Shown piece after piece: positions 49,049 to 60,971 of a stretch of 64,000 bases of DNA. This DNA comes from an uncultured Bacilli bacterium (lineage in GTDB: Bacteria > Bacillota_I > Bacilli_A > RF39 > UBA660). A model generated the notes under the pieces. It saw only the letters and a list, made by a program, of their open reading frames with translations. It searched no databases and was not told where the DNA came from. How positions within the stretch are numbered: the stretch's first letter is position 1; each line of letters starts with the position of its first letter. The position numbers and the translations under genes were made by a program. The stretch is from contig CAKPGT010000005.1 of NCBI GenBank assembly GCA_934155185.1, positions 3,715 to 67,714 of the forward strand. Direction: 5' to 3'.

Positions 49049-49291
49049 ATGCCAAATATCAAAAGTGCTAAAAAAAGAGTTAAGGTTATCGCTAATAAAC
49101 ATGAAGCTAATATTTTAAAAAAAGGAAGCATGAAAACTGCTATTAAGAAGGTTGAAAAAGAAGCTACTGCCGAAAATCTACAAACTGCATTCAAAAGAAT
49201 TGACAAAGCTTTAGGTCAAGGAATTATTACAAAGAATAAAGCAGCACGTGATAAATCTAGATTATCAAAAAAAGTAAACGAAACGAAGTAA
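49049..49291 (+). CDS. rpsT: 30S ribosomal protein S20
   Basis: MPNIKSAKKRVKV..., with SD GGAGGTG 6 nt upstream. The track start at 49028 is upstream of the SD. Confidence 0.93.
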   Translation: MPNIKSAKKRVKVIANKHEANILKKGSMKTAIKKVEKEATAENLQTAFKRIDKALGQGIITKNKAARDKSRLSKKVNETK

Positions 49292-49343
49292 TTTTACTTC
49301 TTTTTTTTATACATTATTGGTATAATGTTTATGGTGATACTAT

Positions 49344-50267
49344 ATGAAACGAATAATTAAATTAATTGTAGCTGTTGTATTTACAGTTATTCTATCAATA
49401 TATATTAAGGATAATTATTATGTAATAACTAATAAAATAGAATATTTCTATAAAAAATATCTTCAAAAAGATATAATTCAAGTCTTAAACGATAATGAAT
49501 ATCGGAAAAAGCAGAACTATGAATATGTAAAAATTAATACTGATACTAAAATTAAGGATATTAATGACACTAAAAACGCAATATATACGTTTTTAGATGC
49601 AGGCTGGGATAATTACACAGTAAGGTGTGATGCGGATTATTTAAATTGTACCAATGATGTAAAAGAAATAGTTCAAAATAACACTTACTTAACTGACTTA
49701 AGTAACTACGTTCATCCATACAATACATTTAATAAGATAAATACATCGTTTACTTCTTCTGGTAAAATAACATTTAAAAGAGAAAAAAGATATAGTGATG
49801 AACAAATAGCTAAAATAAATGAAAAAGTAAACGAAATATATAATAGCTATTATGATTCTTCAAAAAACACTATAGATAATATACGAATATTTCATGATTA
49901 TATTATAAATCATACATCATATGATACTAATAACACAACTGGTGTTGCTGAAATAAATTCAAGTACAGCCTATGGCATATTCTTTGATGGTATAGGTATA
50001 TGTAGTGGTTACACTGATGCAATGCAGCTTTTTTTAGAAAAATTACACGTAAAAAATTACAGAGTCTCATCTAATACCCATGTTTGGAATTTGGTATTTA
50101 TAGATGGCAAGTGGCTACATCTTGATTTAACTTGGGATGATCCTATAATAAGTGATGGTTCTACCTCACTTAGTCATGATTACTTCCTAGTAGATACAGA
50201 AAAACTAAAAAGCTTTAATGATGGTGAGCACAATTACGATAGCAATGTTTATATAGAAGCTAATTAA
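49344..50267 (+). CDS. Transglutaminase-like domain protein (membrane-anchored)
   Basis: The Cys-His-Asp core context GICSGYTDAMQLF...HVWNLVFIDGKWLHLDLTWDD, plus an N-terminal TM helix. Confidence 0.72.
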   Translation: MKRIIKLIVAVVFTVILSIYIKDNYYVITNKIEYFYKKYLQKDIIQVLNDNEYRKKQNYEYVKINTDTKIKDINDTKNAIYTFLDAGWDNYTVRCDADYLNCTNDVKEIVQNNTYLTDLSNYVHPYNTFNKINTSFTSSGKITFKREKRYSDEQIAKINEKVNEIYNSYYDSSKNTIDNIRIFHDYIINHTSYDTNNTTGVAEINSSTAYGIFFDGIGICSGYTDAMQLFLEKLHVKNYRVSSNTHVWNLVFIDGKWLHLDLTWDDPIISDGSTSLSHDYFLVDTEKLKSFNDGEHNYDSNVYIEAN

Positions 50268-50280
50268 AATTAAAAGAACC

Positions 50281-51147
50281 CTAAAGTTCTTTTTTTATGT
50301 ATCTATCTACCTCACATACTGTATTATCAAAATTATTTGCATCAATATTAAACCATTTTACATCCATCTGATTGTTAAACCATGTATACTGTCTTTTAGC
50401 ATAATTTCTACTTTTCTTTTTTATTAATTCGGTTGCTTCCTCTAAGCTTGTTTTTCCGTCAAAGAATTCATACAGTTCTTTATAACCAATCGCAGTCTTA
50501 ATTGCCTTACTATAAATTTTATTATCATAAAAGTACTTAGCTTCATTAATAAGACCGTTTTTAATCATAACGTCTACCCTTTTATTTATTGAACTATAAA
50601 GTTCATCTCTAGGTCTTGTAAGCCCAATTATTATAGCGTCGTAAAGCTTTTTAGCATCATGCTTTTCTTCTCCTTTAAAATGATTATTTAAAAAACTCTC
50701 AAGCCTTTGCCTGTTATTAATATGTATCTTACTATCCTTATCAATTTTAAGTACCATATCATATAGTTTTTCATTACTATATTCTGAATAATCTTTCTTT
50801 TTATCTGTGTAATTAAAATTATAATCGTATAAAAGTGCTTTTAGATAAAGTCCTGTACCACCAACTATTATCACGTTTTTATTATTTTTAATTAGCTTAT
50901 CAAGTATACACCTAGCACCCTTTTGATAATCATAAACAGAATAATCGCTTGCTGCATCTTTTATATCAATCATATGATGAACTATACCTTGCATCTCATC
51001 TTTAGTTACCTTAGCAGTTGCAATATCCATTTTTCTATATATTTGCATACTATCACAACTTATTATTTCTGCATCATACTTTTTAGCTAACTCAACAGAT
51101 AATTTAGTTTTACCAACACCAGTTGGTCCTACTATTGCTACTATCAT
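50281..51147 (-). CDS. miaA: tRNA dimethylallyltransferase
   Basis: IVGPTGVGKTKLS, DSMQIYRKMDIATAK, and its position downstream of mutL. Confidence 0.92.
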   Translation of the reverse strand: MIVAIVGPTGVGKTKLSVELAKKYDAEIISCDSMQIYRKMDIATAKVTKDEMQGIVHHMIDIKDAASDYSVYDYQKGARCILDKLIKNNKNVIIVGGTGLYLKALLYDYNFNYTDKKKDYSEYSNEKLYDMVLKIDKDSKIHINNRQRLESFLNNHFKGEEKHDAKKLYDAIIIGLTRPRDELYSSINKRVDVMIKNGLINEAKYFYDNKIYSKAIKTAIGYKELYEFFDGKTSLEEATELIKKKSRNYAKRQYTWFNNQMDVKWFNIDANNFDNTVCEVDRYIKKEL

Positions 51148-51198
51148 TAACTTGCCTCCTTAAATAAATAGTTTATATAATATTCAAAAGAGTTATAG

Positions 51199-53004
51199 TT
51201 ACATAGCCCTTTTAAACATTTTTTCTAATTCATAATTGCTATAAAATATAGTAGTAGGTCTTCCATGAGGACAGGTATAAGGATTATCACACTTTCTTAA
51301 GTCATTAATTAAAGCTTCCATCTCACCAAGTGATATATTCATATTAGCTTTAATAGCCATCTTACAACTAAGCATAATGGCTGCTTTTTCCCTAAACTTT
51401 TCAATACTAAAGTTTTTCTCCTCACTAATTATTACCTCAAGTATCTTTTTAATACTATCAATTTCATACCCTTCTTTAATCCATGTAGGATGCTCTTTTA
51501 TAACAAAAGTATTAATACCACTTTCTTCAATATCAAAATTCATATCTCTTAATACTTTTAAGTTTTGTTTTATAATAATAAACTCATTACTAGGATATTC
51601 TAGTGTTAGAGGAATAAGCATTTTTATACTGTTATTTTTAGGATTTCCAAAAGCCTTCTTATAGCCCTCATAGTTAATTCTCTCTTTAGCAGCATGCTGA
51701 TCTATCATATATAATCCAAGTTCATTATGACATATTATATATGTTCCTTTTGCAAGCCCAACAGGATACATTTCAGGCATTATTACTTTCTTTTTTTCTA
51801 CTTTTCTTTCTGTTTTTTCTTCCTCTTCAAAATCAGTGCCATTTTTATCATTGTAGCTTGTTAAATCCTCATTAACTTCTAACGGTGGTTCATCAAAAAT
51901 AGAATAATCAATAGTATCAGTTCCAATTACACTTTCTCTTTCCAAGTTTAGCTGCTGAAGCTCTATTTTTGGTCTTTCTTCTTTAATTTCTTTTTCTTTT
52001 TTTTCTATTTTGGGTATCAATAAAGTTTTATCAAGGACACTTCTAATTCCTGTTTTAATAAGTTCTTTAAGATCCTCAAAATTACTAAATTTAATATCAA
52101 GTTTAGATGGATGGACATTAACATCAACTAGTGATGGGTCTGTATTAATATTAAGGACTACTATCGGGTATCTAGAGTCAGGTTTATATGTATGATATGC
52201 ATCATTTATTGCTCTATTTAACTCTACATTTCTAATTACTCTGTTATTAACTAGCGTTATCATATGGCTTCTAGAAGATCTTGTAACTTCTGGTAATGAT
52301 ATAAAACCATCTACATCATAGTCATCATTATAAACGGATATACCTTTCATTTTGCGAGCAACTTCACTACCATATATTTCCTTTATTACTTTAAGTAAGT
52401 TCCCCGAGCCATCAGTATTAAGTAAAACTTTATCGTCACTTATAAGAGTAAATTTTATTTTAGGAAATGATAAAGCCATTTTATTAACATACTCACATAT
52501 ATTAGCCAACTCACTATATAAGCTGTTTAGATACTTTAATCTAGCTGGTGTGTTATAAAATAGGTCTTTTACTTCTATTTCAGTACCCTTTCTTTTATCA
52601 GATGCCTCTACATTTATTACCTTTCCACCTTCTATATATACTTTTGTTCCAACACCACCAGTAGATGTCTTTAAAGTTACTTTAGAAACAGATGCTATAG
52701 AAGGAAGAGCTTCACCTCTAAAACCTAATGAGGAAATTCTAAAAAGTCCTGTTTCATCAAGAAGTTTACTAGTAGCATGTCTTTCAAATGCTAAAATAGC
52801 ATCATCCTTTTCCATACCAGTTCCATTATCAATTACCTTAATTAATTTAGTTCCAGCTTCTTTTATCTCAATTTTTATTTCATCACTTTTTGCATCAACA
52901 CTATTTTCAACCAATTCTTTAACAACAGAAACACATTTTTCAACAACTTCTCCTGCTGCTATCTTATTAGCTAAAATATCATCCATTACCTTTACTTTTC
53001 CCAT
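51199..53004 (-). CDS. mutL: DNA mismatch repair protein MutL
   Basis: IAAGEVVEK, the GHKL ATPase motifs (DNGTGM, GFRGEAL) and a C-terminal dimerisation domain. Confidence 0.93.
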   Translation of the reverse strand: MGKVKVMDDILANKIAAGEVVEKCVSVVKELVENSVDAKSDEIKIEIKEAGTKLIKVIDNGTGMEKDDAILAFERHATSKLLDETGLFRISSLGFRGEALPSIASVSKVTLKTSTGGVGTKVYIEGGKVINVEASDKRKGTEIEVKDLFYNTPARLKYLNSLYSELANICEYVNKMALSFPKIKFTLISDDKVLLNTDGSGNLLKVIKEIYGSEVARKMKGISVYNDDYDVDGFISLPEVTRSSRSHMITLVNNRVIRNVELNRAINDAYHTYKPDSRYPIVVLNINTDPSLVDVNVHPSKLDIKFSNFEDLKELIKTGIRSVLDKTLLIPKIEKKEKEIKEERPKIELQQLNLERESVIGTDTIDYSIFDEPPLEVNEDLTSYNDKNGTDFEEEEKTERKVEKKKVIMPEMYPVGLAKGTYIICHNELGLYMIDQHAAKERINYEGYKKAFGNPKNNSIKMLIPLTLEYPSNEFIIIKQNLKVLRDMNFDIEESGINTFVIKEHPTWIKEGYEIDSIKKILEVIISEEKNFSIEKFREKAAIMLSCKMAIKANMNISLGEMEALINDLRKCDNPYTCPHGRPTTIFYSNYELEKMFKRAM

Positions 53005-53136
53005 AATATCTACACCTACAATTCCATAAACAAATGATTATTAAAATAATATATTATCACATGTATTATAACATTTAACTAACATTATGTCACTTTTAAA
53101 TAGTTAACATATACTATCTTAGAGGAAGGTGAAAAG

Positions 53137-53409
53137 ATGAATAACATGTATCAAGTTCCTAACTATTCTAATTATAGAGTGCAAGATATGAATTCATACT
53201 ATGTTAAGGGAGCAAACCAAAATGATGAGAGATTAGCTGGTGGATTTGTATTTCCATTTTTATTAGGTGGGGTTACAGGGGCCGCTGTTGCACCTGCATT
53301 TTGGAGACCAGGATATGGCTATAATAATAGACCACCATATTATAACCCGGCTCCATACCCATACCCATATCCATATCCATATCCATATCAACCTAGAAGA
53401 TGGTTTTAA
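53137..53409 (+). CDS. Small Pro/Tyr-rich protein with a (PY)n tail, possibly a spore-coat or sporulation protein
   Basis: 90 aa. A Gly-rich hydrophobic segment GGFVFPFLLGGVTGAAVAP is followed by PAPYPYPYPYPYPYQPRRWF. SD: GAGGAAGGTG. Confidence 0.55.
   Translation: MNNMYQVPNYSNYRVQDMNSYYVKGANQNDERLAGGFVFPFLLGGVTGAAVAPAFWRPGYGYNNRPPYYNPAPYPYPYPYPYPYQPRRWF
53353..53388 (+). repeat. Coding hexanucleotide tandem repeat (CCATAY x6)
   Basis: ccatac ccatac ccatat ccatat ccatat ccatat, encoding (PY)6. Confidence 0.9.
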
Positions 53410-53440
53410 AAAAAGATAGTTTTTCTATCTTTTTTCGTAA

Positions 53441-54085
53441 TCACTTAAATACTTCACTATATTTTATAATATAAATTTCATTATTCTTACAAAACGCATA
53501 AAATACATCACCAACTTTTAATTTTTTATCATATAGCAAATTTAAAAGCCACGTCTTACTTTTATTTATACTATATAAATTATCAAATTGAACTTCTCCA
53601 TCAACTATTATAGGCAAAGGATATGTCTTTTTATCTTCATCATCTTTTTTAAAAACGGATAATTTACCATTAGTTTCAAGTATTGCATAGTCAACTTCAT
53701 CAATGCTTCGTATATCTTTTTCTCTTAACTGTAAAAGTAAATCATCAAGAGTATATCTTTGATCTATCATGTTTTTAAAGTTTATTACTCCTTTTTTTAT
53801 AATAATAACTGGCTTACCATCTATAAATCTTCTAAATTTAATGTTCTTAAGTGATATTTTTGCTATCAATATTTGAAGAATAACAAGAATAATTACAGGT
53901 AAAAGATGGAGCATAAAATGAGTTTTATGTTCTATTGCCATTGCAACTAGTTCAGCAATTAAAATAAATACGACAAGATCAAAAGTGCCTAACTGTCCTA
54001 CCTCTCTTTTCCCCATAATACGAAATATAAAAGCAACTAATAAATATATAAATAGAGTTTTAAAAATTATAGTAAAATAAGTCAT
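53441..54085 (-). CDS. DUF421 (YetF-like) membrane protein
   Basis: FRIMGKREVGQLGTFDLVVFILIAE, an N-terminal TM region and a soluble C-terminal domain. Confidence 0.75.
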   Translation of the reverse strand: MTYFTIIFKTLFIYLLVAFIFRIMGKREVGQLGTFDLVVFILIAELVAMAIEHKTHFMLHLLPVIILVILQILIAKISLKNIKFRRFIDGKPVIIIKKGVINFKNMIDQRYTLDDLLLQLREKDIRSIDEVDYAILETNGKLSVFKKDDEDKKTYPLPIIVDGEVQFDNLYSINKSKTWLLNLLYDKKLKVGDVFYAFCKNNEIYIIKYSEVFK

Positions 54086-54158
54086 ATAATCACCATTCTT
54101 ATTATGTTATTAATCATATTTTTATATACAAATAATATATATTACTAGAGGTGATATT

Positions 54159-54530
54159 TTGAAAAAATACTTTTTTCCATTTTTCTATACTTTACTTATC
54201 ATATTATTAGGTGCCCTATTTTCAAGCATTTTGTATTATTTTGATATTATTGGTGATAAACTAAATACCATAATTCTTTATCTAATTAGTATTACAGCAA
54301 TATTTACTGGTGCTTTAATGCTTTGCCGAAAAATAAAACAAAAGGGTATTATTGGTGGTGCTATTTATTTTGGCATATGGTTTGTTATTATTAATATAAT
54401 ATCTCTTATTATATTTAAATCAAAATTTAATTTTAATAGTTTCATATATTATTTTATATTACTAATATTCAGTATTATGGGTGGAGTTATTGGTAAAAAT
54501 AGTCAAATAGAAATAGACACCGAAAATTAG
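54159..54530 (+). CDS. Small 4-TM membrane protein (TIGR04086/YrzE-like)
   Basis: TTG start after GAGGTGAT. 123 aa with four hydrophobic helices. Confidence 0.55.
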   Translation: MKKYFFPFFYTLLIILLGALFSSILYYFDIIGDKLNTIILYLISITAIFTGALMLCRKIKQKGIIGGAIYFGIWFVIINIISLIIFKSKFNFNSFIYYFILLIFSIMGGVIGKNSQIEIDTEN

Positions 54531-54533
54531 TGT

Positions 54534-55661
<1,128 letters not shown>

Positions 55662-55668
55662 TTACATT

Positions 55669-56691
55669 TTATTTAATAAACATACAGTCGCCAAAGGAAA
55701 AGAATCTATATTTTTCTTTAACAGCATGCTTGTATGCATTTAATACATTATCTTTACCTGCCAAAGCGCTAATTAGCATTATTAAAGTTGATTTTGGCAA
55801 GTGAAAATTAGTTAATAAAGCATCTATACCTTTAAATTTATAGCCAGGATATATAAATATCTTAGTGTTACCAGACTGCGCTTTAAAACGTCCATTAGAA
55901 TCTGCTACAGTCTCTAAAACCCTAGTTGATGTGGTACCTACTGATATAATTCTTTTTCCATTTTCCCTTGTTTTATTTAAAAGGTTAGCTACCTCATCAC
56001 TAAGTATATAATACTCAGAATGCATATCGTGCTTAGTAACATCTTCAACTGAAACAGGTCTAAATGTTCCAAGCCCTACATGTAAAGTAACATAAGCAAT
56101 ATTAACGTTTTTTTCTTTAATTTTTTCTAAATATTCTTTAGTAAAGTGTAACCCTGCCGTTGGCGCGGCAGCAGAACCAGGATTTTTAGCATAAACTGTC
56201 TGATATCTATCTTTATCATCTAATTTTTCTGTTATGTATGGGGGAAGAGGCATTTCTCCTAACCTATCTAAAATTTCAAGAAATATACCATCATATATAA
56301 ATTTATATTTTCTAATACCATCATCACCTACAAAAGTGCATTTACATGATAGTTCATCAGAAAACTTAACTATAGTTCCTTTCTTTATTCTTTTAGCAGG
56401 TTTAGTTAAGCACTCCCATTCATCGTCACCTAAATCTTTAAGCATTAAAACTTCAATAACCGCACCAGTATCTGGTTTATGTCCAATTAACCTAGCAGGA
56501 ATAACCTTAGTATCATTTAATACTAAAGTATCACCTGGATTTAAATAATTTATTAAATCTGTAAAATTATTATCACTAAACTCACCCGTATTTTTATCAA
56601 GCACCATCATTCTTGATGCATTTCTATTTTTTAAAGGAGTCTGTGCAATTAGTTCTTTTGGTAGCTCATAATCAAAATCATCTGTTTTCAT
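55669..56691 (-). CDS. queA: S-adenosylmethionine:tRNA ribosyltransferase-isomerase
   Basis: [20 protein letters not shown], the [13 protein letters not shown] region and [10 protein letters not shown]. Confidence 0.95.
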   Translation of the reverse strand: MKTDDFDYELPKELIAQTPLKNRNASRMMVLDKNTGEFSDNNFTDLINYLNPGDTLVLNDTKVIPARLIGHKPDTGAVIEVLMLKDLGDDEWECLTKPAKRIKKGTIVKFSDELSCKCTFVGDDGIRKYKFIYDGIFLEILDRLGEMPLPPYITEKLDDKDRYQTVYAKNPGSAAAPTAGLHFTKEYLEKIKEKNVNIAYVTLHVGLGTFRPVSVEDVTKHDMHSEYYILSDEVANLLNKTRENGKRIISVGTTSTRVLETVADSNGRFKAQSGNTKIFIYPGYKFKGIDALLTNFHLPKSTLIMLISALAGKDNVLNAYKHAVKEKYRFFSFGDCMFIK

Positions 56692-56768
56692 TTTCTTTTT
56701 CCTTTCTACAAAATAAATAAACCATAATATGATATATATTATAGTTCATTTTATAGTAATTAGCAATT

Positions 56769-57767
56769 TTATTTAGTATCTTTAACTATATTTAAATGTT
56801 TATATGCAAGGTCTGTTACAATTCTACCTCTTGGAGTTCTTTTAAGGTATCCAATTTGGAGTAAATAAGGCTCACATACATCTTCTATAGTTGACACTTC
56901 TTCTCCTATTGAAGCTGCAACCGCCTCAACACCAACTGGCCCACCATTAAACTTATATATTATTGTCTTTAATAATTCGTAGTCAACTTCATCTAATCCT
57001 AGTTTGTCTACCTTAAGTGAATCAAGTGCATACTTTGTTATGTCAAGCGTGATTGTGCCATCTCCTTTAACAAGCGCAAAATCACTTACTCTTTTAAGAA
57101 GCCTATTTGCAATTCTAGGTGTTCTTCTACATCTATTGGCAAGTTCTTTTGCAGCATCATCTTCTATAACTAGATTAAGAACCCTAGCACTTCTTTTAAT
57201 AATTAATGTTATTTCTTCTTCTGTGTAGTAATTTAGCTTAGATACTATACCAAACCGGTCACGAAGCGGTGCGGATAAATCCCCTGCTCTTGTTGTTGCC
57301 CCAACTAAGGTAAAATGGGGCAAGTCTATTCTTAAATTTCTATTAGAACCCTCACTTCCAACCATTATATCTAGTGTAAAATCTTCCATTGCAGAATAAA
57401 GAATTTCTTCAACAAACCTTGGAATACGATGTATCTCATCAATAAATAATACATCACCCTCATCTAAGGACGATAAAATAGCAGCCAAATCGCCAGACTT
57501 TTCTATGGTAGGACCTGATGCTGTTTTAATATTTGCGCCCATCTCATTAGCAATAACGTAAGACAAAGTTGTTTTACCAAGGCCTGGTGGCCCATAAAGA
57601 AGTACATGATCAAGTGCCTCTCCTCTTATTTTAGCAGCTTCCATAAATATCTTAATATTCTCTTTAATATCTTTTTGACCAATATATTCATCTATGGTTT
57701 GAGGCCTTATAGTAGCTTCAAAATTATCTTCTTTTAATTTGTCTGCCGTAACTAACCTATCATTCAT
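56769..57767 (-). CDS. ruvB: Holliday junction branch migration helicase RuvB
   Basis: [16 protein letters not shown] and the RuvB C-terminal winged helix. Confidence 0.96.
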   Translation of the reverse strand: MNDRLVTADKLKEDNFEATIRPQTIDEYIGQKDIKENIKIFMEAAKIRGEALDHVLLYGPPGLGKTTLSYVIANEMGANIKTASGPTIEKSGDLAAILSSLDEGDVLFIDEIHRIPRFVEEILYSAMEDFTLDIMVGSEGSNRNLRIDLPHFTLVGATTRAGDLSAPLRDRFGIVSKLNYYTEEEITLIIKRSARVLNLVIEDDAAKELANRCRRTPRIANRLLKRVSDFALVKGDGTITLDITKYALDSLKVDKLGLDEVDYELLKTIIYKFNGGPVGVEAVAASIGEEVSTIEDVCEPYLLQIGYLKRTPRGRIVTDLAYKHLNIVKDTK

Positions 57768-57789
57768 TATAGCATCCTCCTTTCATCTT

Positions 57790-58341
57790 TTATTTAAGTA
57801 ACAATTTTAGTGCATCTTTAATCTGGTCTTCAAGAGCCTTATTAGTATCAATATTAGGAAGAATCCTTTTAATATCAGCTGGTCTATAACCCAAAGACTT
57901 AAGAGTTTCAGTAAGCTCTGTATAATCTTTCTTTGTATCAATAGGATCACTTGCTAGCTTACCTTTTAAATCAAGAATTATTTGCCTTGCAACCTTATCT
58001 CCTATCTTAGGAAATTTCTTTAAATAACTAATATCACCAGAATCTATTGCACTATATAACTCATTAATATTATTAACAGATAACATAGGTAGTGCCATCT
58101 TACATCCTAAACCTTTAACCCCTATTAACTTTAAAAATAAATCCTTATTTTCTTTAGTCTTAAAACCATATAAAGTATTTTCATCTTCTCTTATTTGTTG
58201 ATATAAGTATATAGTTACCTCTTCACCCTCTTTGTAAGAAAACGGATTTGAAACAAAAACCATATAACCTATTCCATTATTTTCTATAACTACATAACTG
58301 TTTTCTATATCAGTTATAATACCTTTAATATATGAATACAT
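57790..58341 (-). CDS. ruvA: Holliday junction DNA-binding protein RuvA
   Basis: MYSYIKGIITD..., with an OB domain and HhH motifs (GVKGLGCKMAL, FPKIGDKVA). Confidence 0.92.
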   Translation of the reverse strand: MYSYIKGIITDIENSYVVIENNGIGYMVFVSNPFSYKEGEEVTIYLYQQIREDENTLYGFKTKENKDLFLKLIGVKGLGCKMALPMLSVNNINELYSAIDSGDISYLKKFPKIGDKVARQIILDLKGKLASDPIDTKKDYTELTETLKSLGYRPADIKRILPNIDTNKALEDQIKDALKLLLK

Positions 58342-58405
58342 AATTTAAACCTCACTTATGAATTAATTGTATCACGAACAATTGTATATTGCAAATATAA
58401 AATTT

Positions 58406-58885
58406 CTATTTTTTTATATCAAAAAGTGATAAGAAAAATATTGGCTGCTTAATAGCTTCCATTGATACTATTTTATCAGCTATTGTAACTACCCATGATT
58501 CCTTATATTTTGGTGGTATTATATTTAAAGGAAACATATGCCTTAGAATTATATTAGAAGTCTTCTCATCTATATAATTAGGAAAATATTTTTTTGAATT
58601 TTCTAAAGCCTCTTTAGCATGCGTAAAACCATGTTTCTTAAATAGTGGTCTTTTAATTTTATCACTTTGCCATGGTTTATAGTAAAAGTCATGTAAAAGA
58701 CCACCAATAGCAGCTTTTTTATAGTCACCAATTTTAAGTTTCTTAGAAATTTTATACGCCATTATAGACACTTTTAAGCTGTGATCATAAACACTTATCT
58801 TTCCGTGATGCATATAACTTTTTCTTTTAATAAATTCTTCATGGTTTAATATCTCATTTACAATTTCATAATATTCACTCATCAT
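58406..58885 (-). CDS. HD-domain phosphohydrolase
   Basis: H...HD pattern (VYDHSLKV...GGLLHDFY). 159 aa. Confidence 0.7.
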   Translation of the reverse strand: MMSEYYEIVNEILNHEEFIKRKSYMHHGKISVYDHSLKVSIMAYKISKKLKIGDYKKAAIGGLLHDFYYKPWQSDKIKRPLFKKHGFTHAKEALENSKKYFPNYIDEKTSNIILRHMFPLNIIPPKYKESWVVTIADKIVSMEAIKQPIFFLSLFDIKK

Positions 58886-58982
58886 CTCACCCTACTATAA
58901 TAATATCACAGTTTTATAATTTACCATAAACTTTTTTTAAAATTACCTTATTTTATAAAAAGCAGCACTAAAATTTGATGCT

Positions 58983-59528
58983 TTAATTTATCTTACTTTC
59001 AATTTCATTTAATATATCTATAGTTTTATCTACCTTTATTGTATTTATTCCAATCTTACTTGCACTATCTACGTTTTTTATATTATCATCTAGGAAAAGA
59101 AGTTCATCTGGTTTTATATTATACTTATTTAATATGTACTCATAGAAATCTTTATTAGGCTTTATTCTATGTATTTCTGCTGAAATAATAACATCATCTA
59201 AATATGTTACACCAAATGTTTCTCCAATGTAATTTCTTATAAATGATACATGATTAGTTGCAATTATAATTTTAATATCAGGAAATTTTTCTTTTATTTT
59301 TTTAAACAAGTCATTATCCCTTACTTCATACAATCTTTCTATAAGTGATTCAGTAGTTCTAATTATAACATTGTCTTTTTCTATTATTTTTCTAGCTTCT
59401 TTTAAATAATCTGAATCATTAATGTTTGGTCCAAAAAGCCTTTCTATCTTCTCTTCTTCAAAAGACATATTAATGTCCTTTTCACTTACTAACACACCAA
59501 CTAAATCAAAAGCTATTACTTTAATCAT
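58983..59528 (-). CDS. HAD-superfamily hydrolase
   Basis: The N-terminal VIAFDLVGVL is DxD/DxV motif I-like. LFLDDNIKNV is motif IV. Confidence 0.72.
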   Translation of the reverse strand: MIKVIAFDLVGVLVSEKDINMSFEEEKIERLFGPNINDSDYLKEARKIIEKDNVIIRTTESLIERLYEVRDNDLFKKIKEKFPDIKIIIATNHVSFIRNYIGETFGVTYLDDVIISAEIHRIKPNKDFYEYILNKYNIKPDELLFLDDNIKNVDSASKIGINTIKVDKTIDILNEIESKIN

Positions 59529-59682
59529 TTTTCCTCCTAAATATCTTTTCTAAAATAAAAATTTATTATAGTATATTCTCTATTAAATATAACTCTACAA
59601 TTAGTATACCATAGGTTTAATATATTTTATAGATTATAAAGAAAGGCTATGGTAGAATAATGCTTGAAAGGAGGATTACTAT

Positions 59683-60264
59683 ATGAGTAATTTAAAAAAG
59701 AAGTATAATGAGACAATTGTGCAAAAGGAAAAAACTAAAAGAAAAATTGATGAACTTAAGAAAAATCATTTTGTAGAAGAATATATTAAGCTATGCAAAA
59801 AAGAAAGCATTTTGGCAAGTAAAGAAAAAAAGTTATATACGCAGATTAAAACTGAAACATATACCTCTTGCAATCATATTTGGGTCATAACAGACTCTAA
59901 CTATGATTATTGTGAGGGAAGATCATATAAACAATATGGGTGCATAAAGTGCGGTCTAAATCAGGGCTTACTTGAAAGATCTTCTAGATTGCCCTTCTTC
60001 TCACCTAAAGATATATTTACAAAAGATGAAATTATAATGTTAAATTGTATGAATCAAAAGGAAGGAATAAATGTGAAATACACTGATATATGCTGCAAGC
60101 TTGACGTTGCTAAAAATTTATACTTAAAAATCAAAAATGCTTTTCCTAATATTGATGATGAAACTATTCTTAAATATTTTGAAATAGAAATAAATAATTC
60201 TAAAGAAGGCAAAGAACAGGTTAAGGTTAAAAAGAAAACACCAAACAATATAAAAACAAATTAG
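59683..60264 (+). CDS. Hypothetical protein with a putative zinc-binding Cys cluster
   Basis: An N-terminal coiled coil, then CNH...C...CIKCG. SD: AAAGGAGGA. Confidence 0.55.
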   Translation: MSNLKKKYNETIVQKEKTKRKIDELKKNHFVEEYIKLCKKESILASKEKKLYTQIKTETYTSCNHIWVITDSNYDYCEGRSYKQYGCIKCGLNQGLLERSSRLPFFSPKDIFTKDEIIMLNCMNQKEGINVKYTDICCKLDVAKNLYLKIKNAFPNIDDETILKYFEIEINNSKEGKEQVKVKKKTPNNIKTN

Positions 60265-60307
60265 CTCTGCATTTAAAGCTAATTTGTTTTAATTAATATG
60301 AGAGATG

Positions 60308-60781
60308 TTATTTTTCCTTTTTCTTTACTAACGTTTTTTCATTATCCGCATAAACAACACTAAACTTTATTCCATTTAAATTATTTATAATTGCTTTTGA
60401 CTCAAAGTCTATCATATCTTCTGGCAATCTAGTTATATCACACCACATTAATTCTGAACATTTTTCAGGTTCAGCAATTTTTATTTTTCCGGTATAATCG
60501 CTTACTTCAAAGTACACATCATAATACGGTCTTAGTGACTTATTTTTCCTGCAAGCAACAAATGTATCACATATATCTTCCGTTTTTATATTTATGTCTA
60601 ATTCTTCTTTTGCTTCTCTTATAGCAGCTTCATAAGGATTTTCTCCCTCATCAATGTGTCCAGCTGGAAGTGCTAAAAAGCCAGGCCATAACTTAGTCCC
60701 TTGTCTCCTTTGCAACAATATTTCCCCTTTATCATTCTTAATAATTAAGTATATTGATGATAAAAATTCTTCTCTTCCCAT
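60308..60781 (-). CDS. NUDIX hydrolase
   Basis: Nudix box PAGHIDEGENPYEAAIREAKEELDI. The start is placed at MGREEF (60781). The ORF is open to 60850, but those 23 extra residues are basic and atypical. Confidence 0.78.
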   Translation of the reverse strand: MGREEFLSSIYLIIKNDKGEILLQRRQGTKLWPGFLALPAGHIDEGENPYEAAIREAKEELDINIKTEDICDTFVACRKNKSLRPYYDVYFEVSDYTGKIKIAEPEKCSELMWCDITRLPEDMIDFESKAIINNLNGIKFSVVYADNEKTLVKKKEK

Positions 60782-60971
60782 ACCTCTGTTTCCTTTTCTT
60801 GAATTAAACTTTTTTGTATGGCAATACCTCTTACCGTTACTACCATGCAATTACAGTGTATCATAAATAATAATTCGTGTAAACTATATTTCCTTTTTTA
60901 TAACAATTTTAGCTCAAATTTTATTTATATATAAATAATTATGATATAATCAGTTTATAAGGAGAGACAAT

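Noticed and set aside
48985-49206. A 73-aa minus-strand ORF overlapping the rpsT promoter and coding region.
   Set aside because: It is antisense to the conserved S20 gene, hydrophobic and low-complexity, and has no SD.
53353-53388. The hexanucleotide microsatellite as a non-coding phase-variation switch.
   Set aside because: It is inside the CDS and its length is a multiple of 3. Slippage would therefore change the PY copy number rather than switch the frame.
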